DNA of 64,000 nucleotides from a delta proteobacterium MLS_D. GTDB lineage: Bacteria; Desulfobacterota; Syntrophia; Syntrophales; UBA2210. Position 1 is the stretch's first letter. The number at the start of each line of letters is the position of its first letter. Below, in pieces: positions 8,709 through 18,554 of the stretch. Location of the stretch: positions 35,470 through 99,469 of the forward strand of contig LQBH01000057.1 of assembly GCA_002030015.1 (NCBI GenBank). Reading direction: 5' to 3'. Under the pieces are notes generated by a model. It saw only the letters and a list, made by a program, of their open reading frames with translations, did no database searches and had not been told where the DNA came from. The position numbers were made by a program, and so were the translations under genes.

Positions 8709-9860
8709 CTACAACCTTACATTTTTCCGTATATCGCCCTGGTAATACCTGTCCAGAATCCGGGCCGCCGACCGCATCTCCTCGTCTCCCCCTTCGGGAA
8801 GCCGAACCGCCAGGCGGACGAACAGGTCTCCTCTGGTTTTGGTCCTGGGATCCGCCATGCCTTTTCCCTTCACCCGCAACAGCTTACCGTTCTGGCTTCC
8901 CGACGGTATTTTCAGGCTGATATCACCGTCAACCGTGGGAATCGTGATCGTTCCGCCCCCCACGGCTTCACCGACTGAAACGGGAACATCCATGTAGAGG
9001 TCTGAGCCCTTGCGGGAGAGAACGGGATGAGGCTCCACGTGGACGACGAGATAGAGATCACCCGGCGATCCTCCCGCCCGACCGGCGCCCCCCTTGCCGG
9101 CGACGCGGATGCGGGATCCCTCATCGACACCCGGTGGTATTGATACCCGGATTTTTTCGGTTCCTTCTGTCTGCCCGCTTCCTCCGCAGGCCGAACAGGG
9201 AGTCCCCACGCGGCCGTGGCCTCCGCACCGCGGGCAGACCTGCGTAAAGTGCAGAGGACCTTCGGCAACCTTGATACGCCCCGAACCGCCGCATACGTTG
9301 CAGGGGATGAGTTTAGAGCCCGGCTCAGTCCCGGTGCCGCTGCATTTCTCACACTCTCGGACACGCCGGAGCGATATATCTGTTTTCATCCCTTTGAGCG
9401 CGGACAGGAAATCGATGGACAGGGTATATTCCACATCCTGCCCCCGTTCTTTTGCCGGCCGCCCGGCGGACCGTCCCGCAGCACTGAAACCGAACATATC
9501 TCCAAATATATCCTCATAGCTGTGGAAGCGGCCGAATTCTGTTCCACTGTAATCATCTCCAACTCCGAACCCGCCTTCCCCATCGGCGGCTGACTGCCAG
9601 CGATGATACTGGCGCGTCTTGTCCGCGTCGAACCCCGCCTGCAGACTCTCTTCACCGAATTCATCGTAAAGCTTTCGCTTTTCGGGATTGCCAAGGTATT
9701 CATAAGCCCTTGAAATATCTTTGAATTTCTGCTCCGCGTCCTTGTTTCCCGGATTCACGTCGGGATGATACTTACGGGCCAGTTTCCGATAGGCCTTTTT
9801 AATATCAGCCTCGGAAGCATTCCGTTTTAATCCCAGTATGGAGTACAAATCCTGCGCCAT
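8709..9860 (-). CDS. DnaJ-class co-chaperone (J domain, G/F-like linker, four CxxCxGxG zinc-finger repeats)
   Basis: 383 aa with a J domain containing HPD (YRKLARKYHPDVNPG). The zinc-finger repeats are CEKCSGTG, CNVCGGSG, CPRCGGHG and CSACGGSG. No dnaK or grpE is adjacent. Confidence 0.85.
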   Translation of the reverse strand: MAQDLYSILGLKRNASEADIKKAYRKLARKYHPDVNPGNKDAEQKFKDISRAYEYLGNPEKRKLYDEFGEESLQAGFDADKTRQYHRWQSAADGEGGFGVGDDYSGTEFGRFHSYEDIFGDMFGFSAAGRSAGRPAKERGQDVEYTLSIDFLSALKGMKTDISLRRVRECEKCSGTGTEPGSKLIPCNVCGGSGRIKVAEGPLHFTQVCPRCGGHGRVGTPCSACGGSGQTEGTEKIRVSIPPGVDEGSRIRVAGKGGAGRAGGSPGDLYLVVHVEPHPVLSRKGSDLYMDVPVSVGEAVGGGTITIPTVDGDISLKIPSGSQNGKLLRVKGKGMADPRTKTRGDLFVRLAVRLPEGGDEEMRSAARILDRYYQGDIRKNVRL

Positions 9861-10012
9861 GTCATTCGCTCAATTTCGATTCATTGTTCGGCCGTGCCGT
9901 TCACGAACGCCCGCAAATGTCTCTTCGTAACCGCCGGCTCAATCCTGTATAAAATAATTATTGTCAGGCAAAAAGCAACCATGCACCCGGGGAAAAGTAA
10001 CGACCGTCGTTT

Positions 10013-10774
10013 TCAGCCCGTGAGCGCCCCGCCGTCGACATATATCGTGTGTCCCGTCATGTAACTCGCCCCGTCCGACGCGAGGAAGAGAACCGCGGGA
10101 ACGATTTCTTCCGGCTCGGCGATCCGTCCCATGGGCAACATGGACGTTACGTGTTTCTCGATATCGGGATTCGACCAGATAGGTTCGCTGAAGGACGTTC
10201 GTGTCAAACCCGGTCCAACCGCGTTCACCTGTATGCCGAACGGCGCCCATTCGCGGGCCATGCAGCGGGTCAGCATTTTCAGCGCCGCCTTGCTGCTGTC
10301 GTAGGCGGCCATGCCCGGTTCCGCCTTCTCGGCTCCCACCGTCGTGATATTTATGATCCGGCCACCCTGTTGCTCGATCATCAGCCGGGCGACGGCCCTG
10401 CTTAACAGCCACACGGCCTTGACGTTGGTATTGAATATCTTGTCCCACCCGTCTTCCCGAAGGTCAAGCAGACTTCTTAAAAAGCTCCGAGCCGCGTTGT
10501 TCACCAGGATATCGATCCGCCCGAACGTCTCCGCCGCGTCTCGCGCCAGCCCCTCTATGTCGTCCGGTATCGTGAGGTCCGTTACCCGCGGAAGCACGGA
10601 ACCTCCTTTTTGCCGTATCTCCTCAGCTACCGCTTCAAGTTGTTCCGCCGATCTGCCGGCAATGATCACCGAAGCGCCCGCCTCGGCAAACCCGAGGGCG
10701 ATCGCCCTGCCGATACCGCGACTTCCTCCTGTCACGATTGCCACTTTCCCCGCCAGGTCAAAAGTCATGTTCAT
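10013..10774 (-). CDS. Short-chain dehydrogenase/reductase (FabG-like)
   Basis: 253 aa with the cofactor motif TGGSRGIGRAIA, an NNAA block and a YxxxK-type catalytic region (YDSSKAAL). Confidence 0.85.
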   Translation of the reverse strand: MNMTFDLAGKVAIVTGGSRGIGRAIALGFAEAGASVIIAGRSAEQLEAVAEEIRQKGGSVLPRVTDLTIPDDIEGLARDAAETFGRIDILVNNAARSFLRSLLDLREDGWDKIFNTNVKAVWLLSRAVARLMIEQQGGRIINITTVGAEKAEPGMAAYDSSKAALKMLTRCMAREWAPFGIQVNAVGPGLTRTSFSEPIWSNPDIEKHVTSMLPMGRIAEPEEIVPAVLFLASDGASYMTGHTIYVDGGALTG

Positions 10775-10856
10775 AAAAAAGCCCCCCCTTGTTCATAATC
10801 GGTTTTTATTCCGGTTCCAGCTTCAGTATTCATCAGAGTATAAGAAAACCTTTGAA

Positions 10857-10881
10857 ACCTGTCAATTTTTCGAGTTGACAG
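10857..10881. promoter_or_regulatory. Perfect 8-bp inverted repeat CCTGTCAA-N9-TTGACAGG in a divergent intergenic region
   Basis: The arms are at 10857-10864 and 10874-10881, between the SDR gene (minus) and the membrane GGDEF gene (plus). It may be an operator or a hairpin. Confidence 0.3.
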
Positions 10882-11101
10882 GAACACCGTTCCGTGCGAA
10901 TGAAACCAAGGTGAAGATGGAGGGACCGGTGTTGAAATATTACATGCGTTTTACTCCCGACAGGCTGTGAGTCTATTGTTCTTCACAATTGCCGAAACCG
11001 CGCGAATATTTTTTCAGACAGGTCGCACCGCCACGGGAATTTCCACAAATCACCGGTAGACCCACGGCATAACAATATATATTCATCGAACCAGGTGAAC
11101 G

Positions 11102-12295
11102 GTGACAGATTCGACCTCATCGGAACAATTCGCGATTTCACCGTGGAAGGCTGAATTCAAAGATCCCGTCACGGAAAGCACGTACCGTAAGCGGATCATG
11201 ATCCGATCCGCCCGCGAGCTGCGCGTCGCCGTCTTTGTATGGGCCCTTCTGCTCCTTCTTTTTTGTTTCAATGATTACTTAATTCTTGGATGTTCAGAGG
11301 AATTCCTGCGGGCCTTTCTCAGCAGGGCGATAGTTATCGTTCCCCTGCTCGTGTTTGCTTTTGTTCTCGGCAGGCGACCTCAACAGGCCGTTGCCGGTCA
11401 TACGGTCACGGTACTCTTAATCTATGGTTTTACCTGTTTCTTCGAGCTCTATTTCCTGTATCCGCGGGTGGCGATCCCCTATATCATAATGGTCACCATG
11501 GTGATCCTGATTTCACTGTTCGTTTTTATACCGAACCGTCTGATTTTTGCCGCCTTCGCCGCGCTGTACGGCATTATCGGCACAACGATCGCCGTGGCAC
11601 TTGCCACGCCGGCAAACAACCGGGACGTCGCCGGCCTTATTGTTGCCCTGTTCCTGCCGACGATTGTCGGTTTCATGGCCGCCTATCGCCTGCATACAAC
11701 CTGGCGGAGGGAATTTACCGCGCTCCACCAAACCAAACTGGCCAATGAAGAACTCCGCCGCGAAATAGACCAGCGATCGAAACTTGAAGAGGAACTGCGG
11801 CGCCAGGCCAGTACCGATCCATTGACCGGTTTGTACAACCGCAGGTTCTACGAACAGTTGCTCGAGCGGGAAATCAAACAGGCCAAACGTTACGGGTCGT
11901 CCCTGGCACTCTGCGTGCTCGATCTCGACCGCTTCAAGGACGTCAACGACTCATACGGCCACGCGTCGGGCGACGTCGCCCTCTGCAGGGTAGCCGACGC
12001 CTGCCGGGACGAGTTGCGCGAATCGGATATCATCGGAAGGCTCGGCGGCGAGGAGTTTGTCCTTATACTTCCCCAGACCGACGCGGCGGGAGCCGTTGTC
12101 GTCGCCGACCGCCTGCGGGAACACATCGCCGCAACGGAAGTGGAGACTGAAACCGCGCGTTTTCGAGTAACAGTCAGTCTCGGCGTCACGGAGTTGCAAT
12201 CGACCGACACGGGCATTACCGATCTGATACGCCGGGCTGACGAAGCGCTGTACATGAGCAAGGCGGCGGGCCGCAACAGAGTCCGGACGTGCTGA
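11102..12295 (+). CDS. Membrane-anchored diguanylate cyclase (multi-TM N-terminal domain + GGDEF)
   Basis: 397 aa with about 6 hydrophobic segments and a coiled linker. The active site is GGEEF, with an RxxD I-site (RESD) 5 residues upstream. The GTG start at 11102 is uncertain. Confidence 0.8.
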   Translation: MTDSTSSEQFAISPWKAEFKDPVTESTYRKRIMIRSARELRVAVFVWALLLLLFCFNDYLILGCSEEFLRAFLSRAIVIVPLLVFAFVLGRRPQQAVAGHTVTVLLIYGFTCFFELYFLYPRVAIPYIIMVTMVILISLFVFIPNRLIFAAFAALYGIIGTTIAVALATPANNRDVAGLIVALFLPTIVGFMAAYRLHTTWRREFTALHQTKLANEELRREIDQRSKLEEELRRQASTDPLTGLYNRRFYEQLLEREIKQAKRYGSSLALCVLDLDRFKDVNDSYGHASGDVALCRVADACRDELRESDIIGRLGGEEFVLILPQTDAAGAVVVADRLREHIAATEVETETARFRVTVSLGVTELQSTDTGITDLIRRADEALYMSKAAGRNRVRTC

Positions 12296-12391
12296 TTGAG
12301 CGCCGCATTTCACTTGACAGACAGCAATCACCGACGCTATGGTCCGAGCGGACCTCGAGGCGGATGTTGCCGCCCGGACAGAAATCATACC

Positions 12392-13015
12392 ATGTTCCTC
12401 GTCGATCTTCACATACACACCATCCTGGGAGGCGATTCCGATATCGAACCGGGAGTTCTGGTAGACCGCGCCCGTGAGGCGGGGCTGGACGCAGTCTGCG
12501 TCACCGAGCACCATTCCCACGCCCTGAGCGCTCCCTGCGATGAAGTTTCACGTGCAACGGGGTTTCCCATATTCCGGGGCATGGAATACCGCGCCGCCGA
12601 GGGACACCTGCTGGTCTTCGGCGTGCCGCTTGACCGAAGCGACATGACGCCGGGACTGCCCATACAGAATGTCATAACATGGGTCCACAAACGGGGTGGC
12701 GTCGCGATTCCCGCTCATCCCTATCAGCGGGACATGCTCGGCGGTTGCCTGGGAGACCGGGTGCTTGCACTGCACGGCCTCTACGCGCTGGAAGGCGCCA
12801 ACGGCAGCGTATCGCCGGAAGGTAACAGGAGAGCGGTGGAAGCGGCACGCACCATGGGAATCGGGACTGTGGGCGGTTCCGACGCCCACGGCCTGATAAC
12901 GGTCGGGCGGGCATACACTGTTTTTCCCGCTCCGCTGAAAAATGAAGCGGCGCTGGTGGAAGCGCTCAAGAACGGCGACTACCGGCCCGTTATGGACGAT
13001 ATCGATACGAACTGA
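12392..13015 (+). CDS. PHP-domain metal-dependent phosphoesterase
   Basis: The N-terminus MFLVDLHIHT carries the PHP His motif, followed by VTEHH and GGSDAHG blocks. The track ORF opens at 12296; I prefer the ATG at 12392. Confidence 0.75.
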   Translation: MFLVDLHIHTILGGDSDIEPGVLVDRAREAGLDAVCVTEHHSHALSAPCDEVSRATGFPIFRGMEYRAAEGHLLVFGVPLDRSDMTPGLPIQNVITWVHKRGGVAIPAHPYQRDMLGGCLGDRVLALHGLYALEGANGSVSPEGNRRAVEAARTMGIGTVGGSDAHGLITVGRAYTVFPAPLKNEAALVEALKNGDYRPVMDDIDTN

Positions 13016-13121
13016 ACGAGCTGTTTTTCCGTCTATTTTCTTGACCGGCTCAACAATTTTTACTACGCTCGCGGGCACAGTTCACGGGATTTCGTCACGC
13101 GAAAGGAGGGCCGCTGTCTCC

Positions 13122-14531
13122 ATGAAATCAATCCGTTACGCCTCAGCCGGGACATTAGTAGACCTGATACGATCGAAACAGGTGTCTCCACGAGAACTTA
13201 TGGAGGAAACCCTTCGGCAGATCGACGCGATCAATCCGAAGCTCAACGCGTTCGTGTCGCTTTATCCCGAGCGCGCGCTGGCGGAAGCCGAGGCCCTCAC
13301 GAAAGAACTTAACGCGGGCGTCGAGCCGGGACCGCTGGCCGGCCTTCCCATAGCCGTCAAGGACCTGGAAGACGTTAGAGGTATGACCACCACCTTCGGA
13401 TCGGTCCCTTTCAGGGACAACGTCGCGGAGCGTGATTCCGTCCAGGTGGAGCGCCTGAGACGGTCCGGCGCGATTGTCGTGGGGAAAACCAACACGCCCG
13501 AATTCGGATTTACGGGATTCACGAAAAACCGCCTCTTCGGCGTCACCCGCAACCCCTGGAATCTGGAACGAACGCCGGGAGGTTCAAGCGGGGGATCGGC
13601 GGCAGTCGTCTCAGCCGGCATGGTCTCGCTTGCCACCGGTTCCGACGGAGGGGGATCCATCCGCATTCCCGCATCCTATTCGGGATGTTTCGGTCTGAAG
13701 ACATCGCCGGGCAGAATTCCCGTCGGCCCCATGCCCATCCTTCACATCAACCAGATCTCGGTACTGGGACCTCTGGCGCGAACCGTCGCCGACGCGGCAT
13801 TGTACCTGGACTGCGTCGTCGGTTATTATCCGGCCGACCCCGCCTCATTACCACACCCCGGCTTCTCATACCTGGCCGGACTTGAGCGACTTCCCGCAGG
13901 GTTGAAAATCGCTTTCAGCCCCACGCTGGGCCACGCCACGGTCCAGTCCGACGTGGCGTCTCTCGTTGAAAACGCCGTCAGAACCTTTGAAGACATGGGG
14001 CACCACGTTGAACTGTTTGACGATCCCATGCCAGCCGTCGGAGATGCCTGGAACCGGCTTTTCGGCCTTGATATTTACGGCAACCTGCATGAACACCTGG
14101 ACCGGTACCGGTCCGAAATCAACCGGACTCTGGCGGCCTCACTGGAAGCGGTAAAGCAATCCACGGCGGCCGACTTCGTGGAAGCCCAGAAGGTACGAAC
14201 TGAACAGAACCGCTGGCTCTGGCGCCTGTTCGACCGTTACGACCTGCTGCTGACGCCGTCCATGCCCACAGAGGCTTTCGCGGCTGAAGGGCCGCCGCCT
14301 TCGAAAATCGACGGCAAACCCGTTGATGTTCTTGACGTTACCGCCTTTTCATATCCTTTCAATTTTTCGGGACACCCGGCGGCGTCGGTTCCCGTCGGAT
14401 TAACAAAAAACGGTTTGCCGGCGGGGCTCCAGATCGTCGCCCCACGGCAGCGGGACGATCTCGTGCTGCAGGCCGCCCGCGCCTTTGAAAAGGCGAGACC
14501 ATGGGAGAACAGCCGCCCGCCGCTGGAATAA
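13122..14531 (+). CDS. Amidase-signature family enzyme (GatA-like amidase)
   Basis: The Gly/Ser-rich amidase signature GGSSGGSAAVVSAG..GSDGGGSIRIPA is present. The ATG at 13122 is preceded by GGAGG. The track ORF opens at 12942, overlapping the PHP gene. Confidence 0.85.
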   Translation: MKSIRYASAGTLVDLIRSKQVSPRELMEETLRQIDAINPKLNAFVSLYPERALAEAEALTKELNAGVEPGPLAGLPIAVKDLEDVRGMTTTFGSVPFRDNVAERDSVQVERLRRSGAIVVGKTNTPEFGFTGFTKNRLFGVTRNPWNLERTPGGSSGGSAAVVSAGMVSLATGSDGGGSIRIPASYSGCFGLKTSPGRIPVGPMPILHINQISVLGPLARTVADAALYLDCVVGYYPADPASLPHPGFSYLAGLERLPAGLKIAFSPTLGHATVQSDVASLVENAVRTFEDMGHHVELFDDPMPAVGDAWNRLFGLDIYGNLHEHLDRYRSEINRTLAASLEAVKQSTAADFVEAQKVRTEQNRWLWRLFDRYDLLLTPSMPTEAFAAEGPPPSKIDGKPVDVLDVTAFSYPFNFSGHPAASVPVGLTKNGLPAGLQIVAPRQRDDLVLQAARAFEKARPWENSRPPLE

Positions 14532-14589
14532 CATCACAACAATCCGCGTCATGCCTGATACGCACAGGACGCCGGAAAAGGAGTTCGCA

Positions 14590-15585
14590 ATGATCAAAAC
14601 CGCCATCACGGACATGTTCGACGCCACATATCCCATTATCTGCGGCGCCATGATGTGGCTCTGCAAACCGCCGCTCTGCGCGGCAATATGCAATGCCGGA
14701 GGCATCGGCAGCATAACGGCCGCCATATGGGAAAAGGAGGACGATTTCAGGGCCGCTATTCGGGAAACGAGAAAACTGACCGATAAACCGTTCATGGTGA
14801 GCGTCACCATACTGCCTTCCGTGCGAATCGGGCCGGACAGTCACAAGATGTGGCTGCGGGTCTGCGCCGAAGAGCGGGTGGCGGGTGTTGAAATATCGGG
14901 AAGTCCCATCGACAGGGCCTGTGGAACGGAATATATCGAACTGCTGAAAAAGGCCGGCGTCAAGATGTTTCACAAGGTCGGTTCGGTCAGACATGCAGTG
15001 CACGCACAGGAAGTGGGGTACGACGGCATTTACGCCGCCGGGATCGAGGAAGGGGGTCATCCGTTGAACGATGACGTGACAACGATGCTGCTCACGCCGC
15101 GAATCGTCGAATCAGTTTCCCTTCCGGTGGTCACCGCGGGCGGCATCGCCGACGGCAGATCCATGGCAGCCGCACTCACGCTCGGCGCCGAAGGCGTCAT
15201 GATGGCGAGCCGTTTCATTGCCACGCGGGAATGCGATGTTCACGATAATATCAAACAGGAACTTGTCCACCGACGGGAACACGATACAACCCTGATCTGC
15301 AAGTCAATCGGTCTTCAGGCGCGGGCCCTGAAAAACAAAAACTCTCTCGCAGTACTTGATGCTGAGAAACAGGGAGGCGGCCTGGAAGAGATTATTCCTC
15401 TTATCGCCGGTGAAAAGAATCTTGCCGCCTGGCGGACCGGTGACGTGGATAACGCGCCGCTCTACGTAGGGCAATCCATCGGTCTCATTCACGATATCCC
15501 CACCTGCGCCGAGCTCCTCGACCGCATGGTGACGGAGGCAGGGGAACGCATCAACGCCGCCCGGGAAAAAATAGGAGTCGCCTGA
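14590..15585 (+). CDS. Nitronate monooxygenase family / FabK-like FMN oxidoreductase
   Basis: NMO-type TIM-barrel blocks are present: YPIICGAM, AGIEEGGH, VVTAGGIADGR and GAEGVMMASRF. The ATG at 14590 is preceded by AAGGAG. The track ORF opens at 14485. Confidence 0.8.
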   Translation: MIKTAITDMFDATYPIICGAMMWLCKPPLCAAICNAGGIGSITAAIWEKEDDFRAAIRETRKLTDKPFMVSVTILPSVRIGPDSHKMWLRVCAEERVAGVEISGSPIDRACGTEYIELLKKAGVKMFHKVGSVRHAVHAQEVGYDGIYAAGIEEGGHPLNDDVTTMLLTPRIVESVSLPVVTAGGIADGRSMAAALTLGAEGVMMASRFIATRECDVHDNIKQELVHRREHDTTLICKSIGLQARALKNKNSLAVLDAEKQGGGLEEIIPLIAGEKNLAAWRTGDVDNAPLYVGQSIGLIHDIPTCAELLDRMVTEAGERINAAREKIGVA

Positions 15586-15677
15586 TCATCGTTCGTTCAG
15601 GTATCGCGCGACATGCCGGTCGTCCCTGTCGCCGGTTCTCTGGAAACAGTTCAATCCAAAACGTCAACGACACGGGA

Positions 15678-15712
15678 GGTGTCATGCCGACCATCCGGCC
15701 CGGCATGACACC
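15678..15712 (+). terminator. Strong hairpin downstream of the NMO-family gene (12-bp perfect stem)
   Basis: GGTGTCATGCCG (15678-15689) pairs with CGGCATGACACC (15701-15712). No U-tract follows, so its function as a terminator is uncertain. Confidence 0.35.
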
Positions 15713-15808
15713 GTACCTGTTCCGAAAATGCAGTTCCCGTCCCCGCCGCTGTTGAGATATGAACGGTTCAATGCTATATGTTGTCACTGAGCCGGAGAGC
15801 GTGATTTC

Positions 15809-16564
15809 ATGGAACGGAAACGAAGATTTCTCCACATTGCATACCAGCCTTACAAGTGGCTCATTTTCGGACCCTGGCTCGTTTTGTCGACACTGTTTTT
15901 CGGCGCGACGGCGCCCCTGCTTGTTCCGCTCACCGGCCCGAGGGCGACAAGCCGGTTTTGTGGACGTACCTGGGCGCGTATGAACGGGCGTTTGACTCCC
16001 ATGTCCGTCACGGTTGAGGGAAGAGAGAACGTGGATCCACGACAATCATACGTGATCATCTGCAATCACCAGAGCCAGTATGATATTTTTGTCCTCTACG
16101 GCTGGCTTGACATCGACTTTCGCTGGGTCCTGAAGCAGGAACTGCGGAACATTCCGGCCCTGGGCGTGGCCTGTGAACGGATCGGCCATATATTTATCGA
16201 CCGCTCCGACCATGAAAAGGCCCTGGCGTCGATCAACGCGGCGAAAGAGAGGATCAGGAACGGCACCTCGGTCCTCTTTTTTCCCGAAGGATCACGCAGC
16301 TCAGACGGCAGGCTTCGTCCTTTCAGGAAAGGCGCCTTCAAAATGGCCGTCGACATAGACCTGCCCCTCCTGCCCGTTACAATCATAGGCACAAAGGATA
16401 TCCTGCCGAATAAAACGATCGACCTTTTCCCCGGGCGGGCGACCATGGTTATTCATCCGCCGCTGGATATCGCCGGCTATAACGATGCTTCCCTCCCCGC
16501 CTTGATGGACCGGGCGAGGCATGTTATCGCCTCGGCGCTGCCCGCGGAACAACAGAACGGATAA
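15809..16564 (+). CDS. plsC: 1-acyl-sn-glycerol-3-phosphate acyltransferase family
   Basis: 251 aa with an N-terminal hydrophobic segment, the HX4D motif (NHQSQYD) and an FPEGSRS block. Confidence 0.8.
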   Translation: MERKRRFLHIAYQPYKWLIFGPWLVLSTLFFGATAPLLVPLTGPRATSRFCGRTWARMNGRLTPMSVTVEGRENVDPRQSYVIICNHQSQYDIFVLYGWLDIDFRWVLKQELRNIPALGVACERIGHIFIDRSDHEKALASINAAKERIRNGTSVLFFPEGSRSSDGRLRPFRKGAFKMAVDIDLPLLPVTIIGTKDILPNKTIDLFPGRATMVIHPPLDIAGYNDASLPALMDRARHVIASALPAEQQNG

Positions 16565-16574
16565 CCACTGTACC

Positions 16575-18554
16575 ATGATAACGCTTTCCAATCTTTCCAA
16601 GCGGTATGGGGAAAAGCTCCTCTTCGAACGATTTTCCTTTCGGATCAACGAAGGCTCCCGCATTGCCCTGCTGGGCGCCAACGGCGCCGGCAAGTCCACG
16701 CTGCTCAAAATCATCGCGGGATTGGTGGAGCCGGATTCGGGAACGGTACGCTGCGCCCGGACGGCGACGGTGGGGTATCTCCCCCAGGACGGGGTGTACC
16801 ACCGTGGCCTCACGCTCCTGGAAGAGGCCTGGACCGCCTTTGAAGGCATCCTGCGCCTTGAGGAAGAGATAACAGACCTGTCGGACCGAATCCGGCTGAC
16901 AACGGCCGAAGAAGGCCCTTCGTCGCCGTTTCTGCCGGCCCTGGTGGATGAACTGGGACGGGCGCAACACGATATGGAGCGTCGCGAAGGATACCGGAAG
17001 GAATCAAAAATAAAGGAAATTCTTTTCGGACTGGGATTCACGGAACGAGATCTCCACCGGGAAACGGAAGAATTCAGCGGCGGATGGCACATGCGCATCG
17101 AAATGGCAAAGCTGCTGCTGGCGGAACCGTCGGTCCTCCTGCTGGACGAGCCGACGAACCATCTCGACCTGGAATCCCTGGAATGGATTGAAGAGTACCT
17201 CCGGTCGTACCGCGGAGCGCTGCTCATCGTTTCTCACGACAGTCGCTTTCTCGACAACTTAGTGGACCAGGTCCTGGACGTGACCGGCAGCGCAATAACC
17301 TCATATAGCGGAAATTATTCATCATATCTGCTCCAGCGGGAGACCCGCAGAAAAATAAGCGAGGCCTCGCGCGAAAACCAGCGGAAACTGATCGAGCGCA
17401 CGAACCGTTTCGTGGAACGGTTCCGCTACAAAAACACCAAGGCGAGCCAGGTCCAGAGTCGACTGAAAATGCTGGAGAAATTGCAGCGTGTCGAACAGGA
17501 GGTCGAGCAGCGCGACATCGCCTTTTCCTTCCCCGATCCACCGCGATCCGGGCGGATAGTCATGGAACTGAAAGATCTGGCAAAATCCTATGGCGACGTA
17601 ACCGTGTTCGGCAGCCTGTCTCTGGTGGTCAACCGGGAAGACCGGATCGCCTGCATCGGCGTCAACGGTTCGGGAAAATCGACGCTGGCGCGCATCATCG
17701 CCGGGATCGAACCATTCAACCGGGGCAAACGCCTGCCGGGGCACAACGTGATCCCGGCCTACTACAGCCAGAACATGGCCGATGCCCTCCATCCCGACAA
17801 AACGGTCCTGGAAACACTGTCCGGGCTTGCTCCCGAACATTCTTCCGGCGCGTTGCGATCCCTGCTCGGGTCGTTTCTGTTTTCCGGCGATGATGTCTTC
17901 AAACCTGTCTCGGTTCTTTCGGGCGGAGAAAAAAGCAGGCTCGCCCTGGCGAAAATGCTGCTTGAACCGGCAAATTTTCTCATCCTGGACGAGCCGACGA
18001 ACCACCTGGACGCACGATCCAAGACCGTCCTGCAACAACGGCTCCGCGACTATCCGGGAACCCTGTTCATCGTGTCCCACGACCGGGACTTCCTCGCCCC
18101 CCTGGTGACGCGCGTCATTGCCTTGGGGCATGGAGGTGTGGACGAATATCCCGGTTCCCTGGAGGATTATCTGGAACGCCTGCACCGGCTGCGTGAACCG
18201 GAAAGAAACGACACAACGGGAAAACCGCCGGATACACCGGCGACGGCGGACCGTGACCGCAAGCGCCACGAGGCCAGGCGAAGGCAGGAACGATACCGGA
18301 AAACCAAGCCCCTTCGGGAATCTCTCGCCACCGTTGAACAGGCCATTCAAGACAAGGAGTCACGGAAAGCGGCAATCGAGGCGGCCTTCGCCGACCGGGA
18401 AACCTTTTCCGATGAACGGCTTATTCAATCATTGCACAAGGAACACGCCGAACTTGCCGCGAACCTCGAATCCCTTTACGATGAATGGACAAGGAACGAG
18501 GAAGCGCTGGAAACCGCCGAACGGGAATACGGGCCGCCCGATTCTTATTCATAG
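16575..18554 (+). CDS. ABC-F family ATPase (Uup/EttA-like, two ABC domains + charged C-terminal coiled coil)
   Basis: There are two Walker A motifs (GANGAGKST, GVNGSGKST) and two signatures (FSGGWHMR, LSGGEKSR), with no TM domain. I prefer the ATG at 16575 (MITLSNLSKRYG); the track ORF opens at 16521. Confidence 0.85.
   Translation: MITLSNLSKRYGEKLLFERFSFRINEGSRIALLGANGAGKSTLLKIIAGLVEPDSGTVRCARTATVGYLPQDGVYHRGLTLLEEAWTAFEGILRLEEEITDLSDRIRLTTAEEGPSSPFLPALVDELGRAQHDMERREGYRKESKIKEILFGLGFTERDLHRETEEFSGGWHMRIEMAKLLLAEPSVLLLDEPTNHLDLESLEWIEEYLRSYRGALLIVSHDSRFLDNLVDQVLDVTGSAITSYSGNYSSYLLQRETRRKISEASRENQRKLIERTNRFVERFRYKNTKASQVQSRLKMLEKLQRVEQEVEQRDIAFSFPDPPRSGRIVMELKDLAKSYGDVTVFGSLSLVVNREDRIACIGVNGSGKSTLARIIAGIEPFNRGKRLPGHNVIPAYYSQNMADALHPDKTVLETLSGLAPEHSSGALRSLLGSFLFSGDDVFKPVSVLSGGEKSRLALAKMLLEPANFLILDEPTNHLDARSKTVLQQRLRDYPGTLFIVSHDRDFLAPLVTRVIALGHGGVDEYPGSLEDYLERLHRLREPERNDTTGKPPDTPATADRDRKRHEARRRQERYRKTKPLRESLATVEQAIQDKESRKAAIEAAFADRETFSDERLIQSLHKEHAELAANLESLYDEWTRNEEALETAEREYGPPDSYS

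Noticed and set aside
9968-9981. A sigma-54-like TGGTTGCTTTTTGC on the minus strand upstream of the DnaJ-class gene.
   Set aside because: The GG-to-GC spacing is one nt short of the canonical GG-N10-GC, which is normally not tolerated. I also looked for CIRCE (TTAGCACTC-N9-GAGTGCTAA) and HAIR (CTTGAGT-N7-ACTCAAG) elements and found none.
12544-12559. A degenerate parS-like sequence, AGTTTCACGTGCAACG, matches the consensus at 13/16 positions and lies inside the PHP-domain gene.
   Set aside because: Three mismatches include positions in both arms, and the site is intragenic. It is plausibly a chance match. It is only worth revisiting if ParB ChIP data exist.
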